Translations under genes and position numbers: made by a program
The notes under the pieces: generated by a model
The model's input: only the letters and a program-made list of their open reading frames with translations
Databases searched by the model: none
Told to the model about the DNA's origin: nothing
Source: Amoebidium appalachense
Lineage: Eukaryota > Protista > Ichthyosporea
Length of the DNA: 64,000 nt
NCBI GenBank assembly: GCA_963693365.1
Contig: CAVNZM010000005.1
Coordinates: forward strand, 12,609,728-12,673,727
Direction: 5' to 3'
In this document: positions 53,242 through 64,000 of the stretch, in pieces
How the letters are laid out: every line of letters begins with the position of its first letter
How positions within the stretch are numbered: position 1 is the stretch's first letter

Positions 53242-55601
53242 CGTGATTCACTCACTCATTCACGCACACACCATGTTGAGGATCCCCGCTTGAGGTCTGT
53301 TCCATTGGCCATGCTCCCCACTGAGCCCTGCACAGAATCTGACGAGCCTGGAGCTTTTGAAGCTCCTTTCTAAAAGGCCATAACGCCCAAACACTATTTT
53401 TCCCCAGCCAGCCGAATACTAGTACTCCGGATCCTGCACATGCCAAAGGTTACTGGGCCCACCTACGGTGACCCACCTGCGCCTGTCCGCCCACCCATCG
53501 ACCCCACCCACCTATCGACCCCATCCCCATCGACCCCACCCCACCCATCGACCCCACCCACCCATCGGATTCCCGCCCAACCATCCACCTACACACCCAC
53601 TCACCCACCCACCCAACCACTCACTCCATATGCCCGAACCCTGCACCAGGACGTCTACGGGTAGTCATCTCCGATCCCCAACAGCGAGCAGTAGTTACAG
53701 TACCACTGTTTAACCACGACTGCGCCCGTGCATTGGCTTGACGCCACAGTGAACAACATTGCATACGAATTTGGTTTCGGGCATGGGACAGGACAACAAC
53801 TCCTTTTGCTGTCGTTGCTCTCCGTCATGAGGCAGCATGTCATGCCCGACTCGAGCTGCCAAGCTCACCTGCCAAAAAACTCACTGACTGGGATCCGGAG
53901 CCGCGAGCCTTTCATGAATCTAGAAAGTTTGGTGCACTGAACGGCGATCGCGCGGCAGCATATGCACTGATGTAACAGTCACAGTGTAGAGTCACGGAAA
54001 CCTGGTGCCTTACCAAAGCAAGGCTGTGGAGCATTGCCATGGGTTCTGTCAGTGTCCCCACGATGTTCCTGGACAGGATGTTTTTCCTACGTATATGTAT
54101 GTACAACTTTGTGACTTTTAATATTACATCTACGCCTACACTTGAAAAACCGTGACGTTGCTTCATTTGTTTGGTCTCTGGAATGCGGCTTTGGAATGCG
54201 AGTCGAAAGTTTAGAAGGTTTAGAAGAGGGTATACTCGGATCTCATACTGCAGACTGACGGGATATACTAAAAGGGGATAGACGATCCGCTTGAGCTTAC
54301 AAACTTAAGGCTTACAAACCCTCATCGTAAAACTGAAATATGCGACATATCACCAGCCGTACACAGAAATCAAAAACATGATAAATAATGCTATTGTCAA
54401 TATATTTGCTCATTTGACCGTCATGCACGCCTGTAAGCTCTTTACTCTTTCCATTTCCCCTTCAGTCTTTCCCTTGAGTCCTTGAATTCCGCCCTTTTTG
54501 GAGATATACTGTGGGTATAAATCTGAAAGAGTCATCATTTGATTGCGAAGAACGATTGGCATGCAGTTTAGGAAAAAGGCCTTCACGTGATTGGTTAACA
54601 ATCGGATAAAATGGAGTCACCGCCACAGTTCGCGAGTCGCGATCACCAGAGCGGCCTCACATGTACACTCAGTCGAACACCGTACTGTACGCCTGAAGCC
54701 TTGTTTGTTGTGTGATTTAACGCAAAACGAAAAAAAACATTAGAGGGCCATAGTACAGGCACAAGGGGGGAAAGGATAAAGAGGGTAAGGCTCTGCAGTA
54801 GGTTAATTTGGCGGTGCTGTACATGCATATGTACTGGCCAACCATGCTTACCACATGATGATGTGACGCAGAGGTATCACCAGCCAGACAAATTTTGAAT
54901 TCGACCGTCAGCCTCTCGGAACAAACAGGCAATGATTCAATAAGTTACACCATGATAGCCGTGGCTGGCGAGTATATACTACAATAGCTACAGCAGTAAC
55001 AGTGGCGACTGTAGATGTATATACACAGTGTCACACAAACGGGAAACTACCTGCTTGCCCTATTAAATAAGGATTACCGTCGACCCTCGAAATTTGGTAT
55101 TACAGCAAGTTGAATGATCACCCATGCATGGTTCTGGGATACTACCCTTCAAAGGCCAGCGTTACTACGAAGGTCTGGCAAGAGTGCAAAGACGTTTGAA
55201 TGGCAATTAACTATTGTGCCGTGCACACGCATGTGGCTCCTGTTGTATACGTATGTGTGAACCTAGTAGCCAAATCTACCGTACTGCACTCAAGAACGAG
55301 GAAAATTTTGATACGTCTCTTCTGAGTAACCCCAATCAACTTGATCCATGCGACATTACGTATAATAAATCACCGTGGTGACTGTGGGTAGGACACCTTG
55401 AGATATTTCAAAGCCGTTATTTAGTCCTGGTGTGGTGTGCGTGCCATCAGAAATCACAACAAAACCAGCAGAAGATTTCTTTCTAAACGCGGCTACCCTC
55501 CCGCACACCACACACACAAAGTTTCATGCAACATTCGCGGTGGTGACACTTCACACAGCAAAGTGGTCAAGTTTCCACTGCCGCCCGGCCATCACACCAG
55601 A

Positions 55602-63186
<7,585 letters not shown>

Positions 63187-63545
63187 GTAAGTCCAGATCC
63201 CCCCTCCCCCCCCCCCTCCCCTCCCTCCCCCCCCCCTCTCTCTCTTCTTCACTCTCACATCAGCATAATCCCCCCCCGTTCCCCCCTTCCCCCCTCCCCC
63301 CCTCCCCTTAACCCACCCAAACATGTGATGGGCATCTAAATTTGGGCTCTATGCGAGTGTCTTGTATCCTTATCACGTTGTGCTTCGTTTTAGCTAAGTT
63401 AGTTTTCTGTGTGCTTGAGGTCTGTGATTGTTTTGTTGCGCGTTCACTAGGGCATTCGTTGACCAATTCCCCTCTAACGAATACCCCCCTCCCCCCCCCC
63501 CCTTTCCCCCCCCCCTCCCCCCTCCCCCCTCCCCCCACTCCCCCG

Positions 63546-63657
<112 letters not shown>

Positions 63658-63740
63658 GCGCACACACACACGCACACGTGCACACGCACACACATGCACA
63701 CATGCGCACATGCGCACACGCGCGCGCGCGCACGCGCGCG

Positions 63741-63823
<83 letters not shown>

Positions 63824-64000
63824 CCCTCCTTGCCCTCCCACCCGTCCCGCCACCCACACACACACCTTCTTTTAATGATTAACCCCACCATAGACGACCA
63901 GAACCAAGTAGGCCTATTCCCCCAGCCTGCTCAGCGCGGGCCTGTGCTATTAATAGCTGTGGGGGAGGGCTTGGCCCAGCTGCCGGCCAGCCACCAGCAG

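Overview
Eukaryotic genomic DNA that is intron-rich and extremely rich in microsatellites: (CA)n/(GT)n, (CT)n and long poly-G/poly-C tracts. Almost all of the supplied ORFs are repeat translations. The animal-like protein sequences suggest an opisthokont, possibly a unicellular holozoan (inference only). By manual splicing I reconstruct seven genes. (1) V-ATPase proteolipid c'' (9 exons, minus). (2) A bacterial-type rhomboid protease (2 exons, minus). (3) Snurportin-1 (about 11 exons, plus). (4) A GATA zinc-finger factor (about 13 exons, plus) with one canonical and one degenerate finger and a repeated GPPxxYLxxRRHSA motif. (5) A small protein with two RVxF-plus-coiled-coil modules, a candidate PP1 regulator (minus). 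(6) An intronless SnoaL/NTF2-like gene (minus). (7) A large secreted protein with a beta-helix-like N-cap, a ZP-C-like segment and tandem beta/gamma-crystallin domains; it has one frameshift and runs off the window. Mobile DNA comprises a miniature LTR element whose LTR 3' part is a 13-bp tandem array, a 1-kb PIF/Harbinger-like MITE with a nested palindrome, two smaller MITEs, and a family of about 10 dispersed repeats that mostly abut G-tracts. The most notable signals are splice acceptors built directly on (CA)n, some with complementary (GT)n at the other intron end, and the GATA/RVxF pair with PKA-type sites. No database searches were run.
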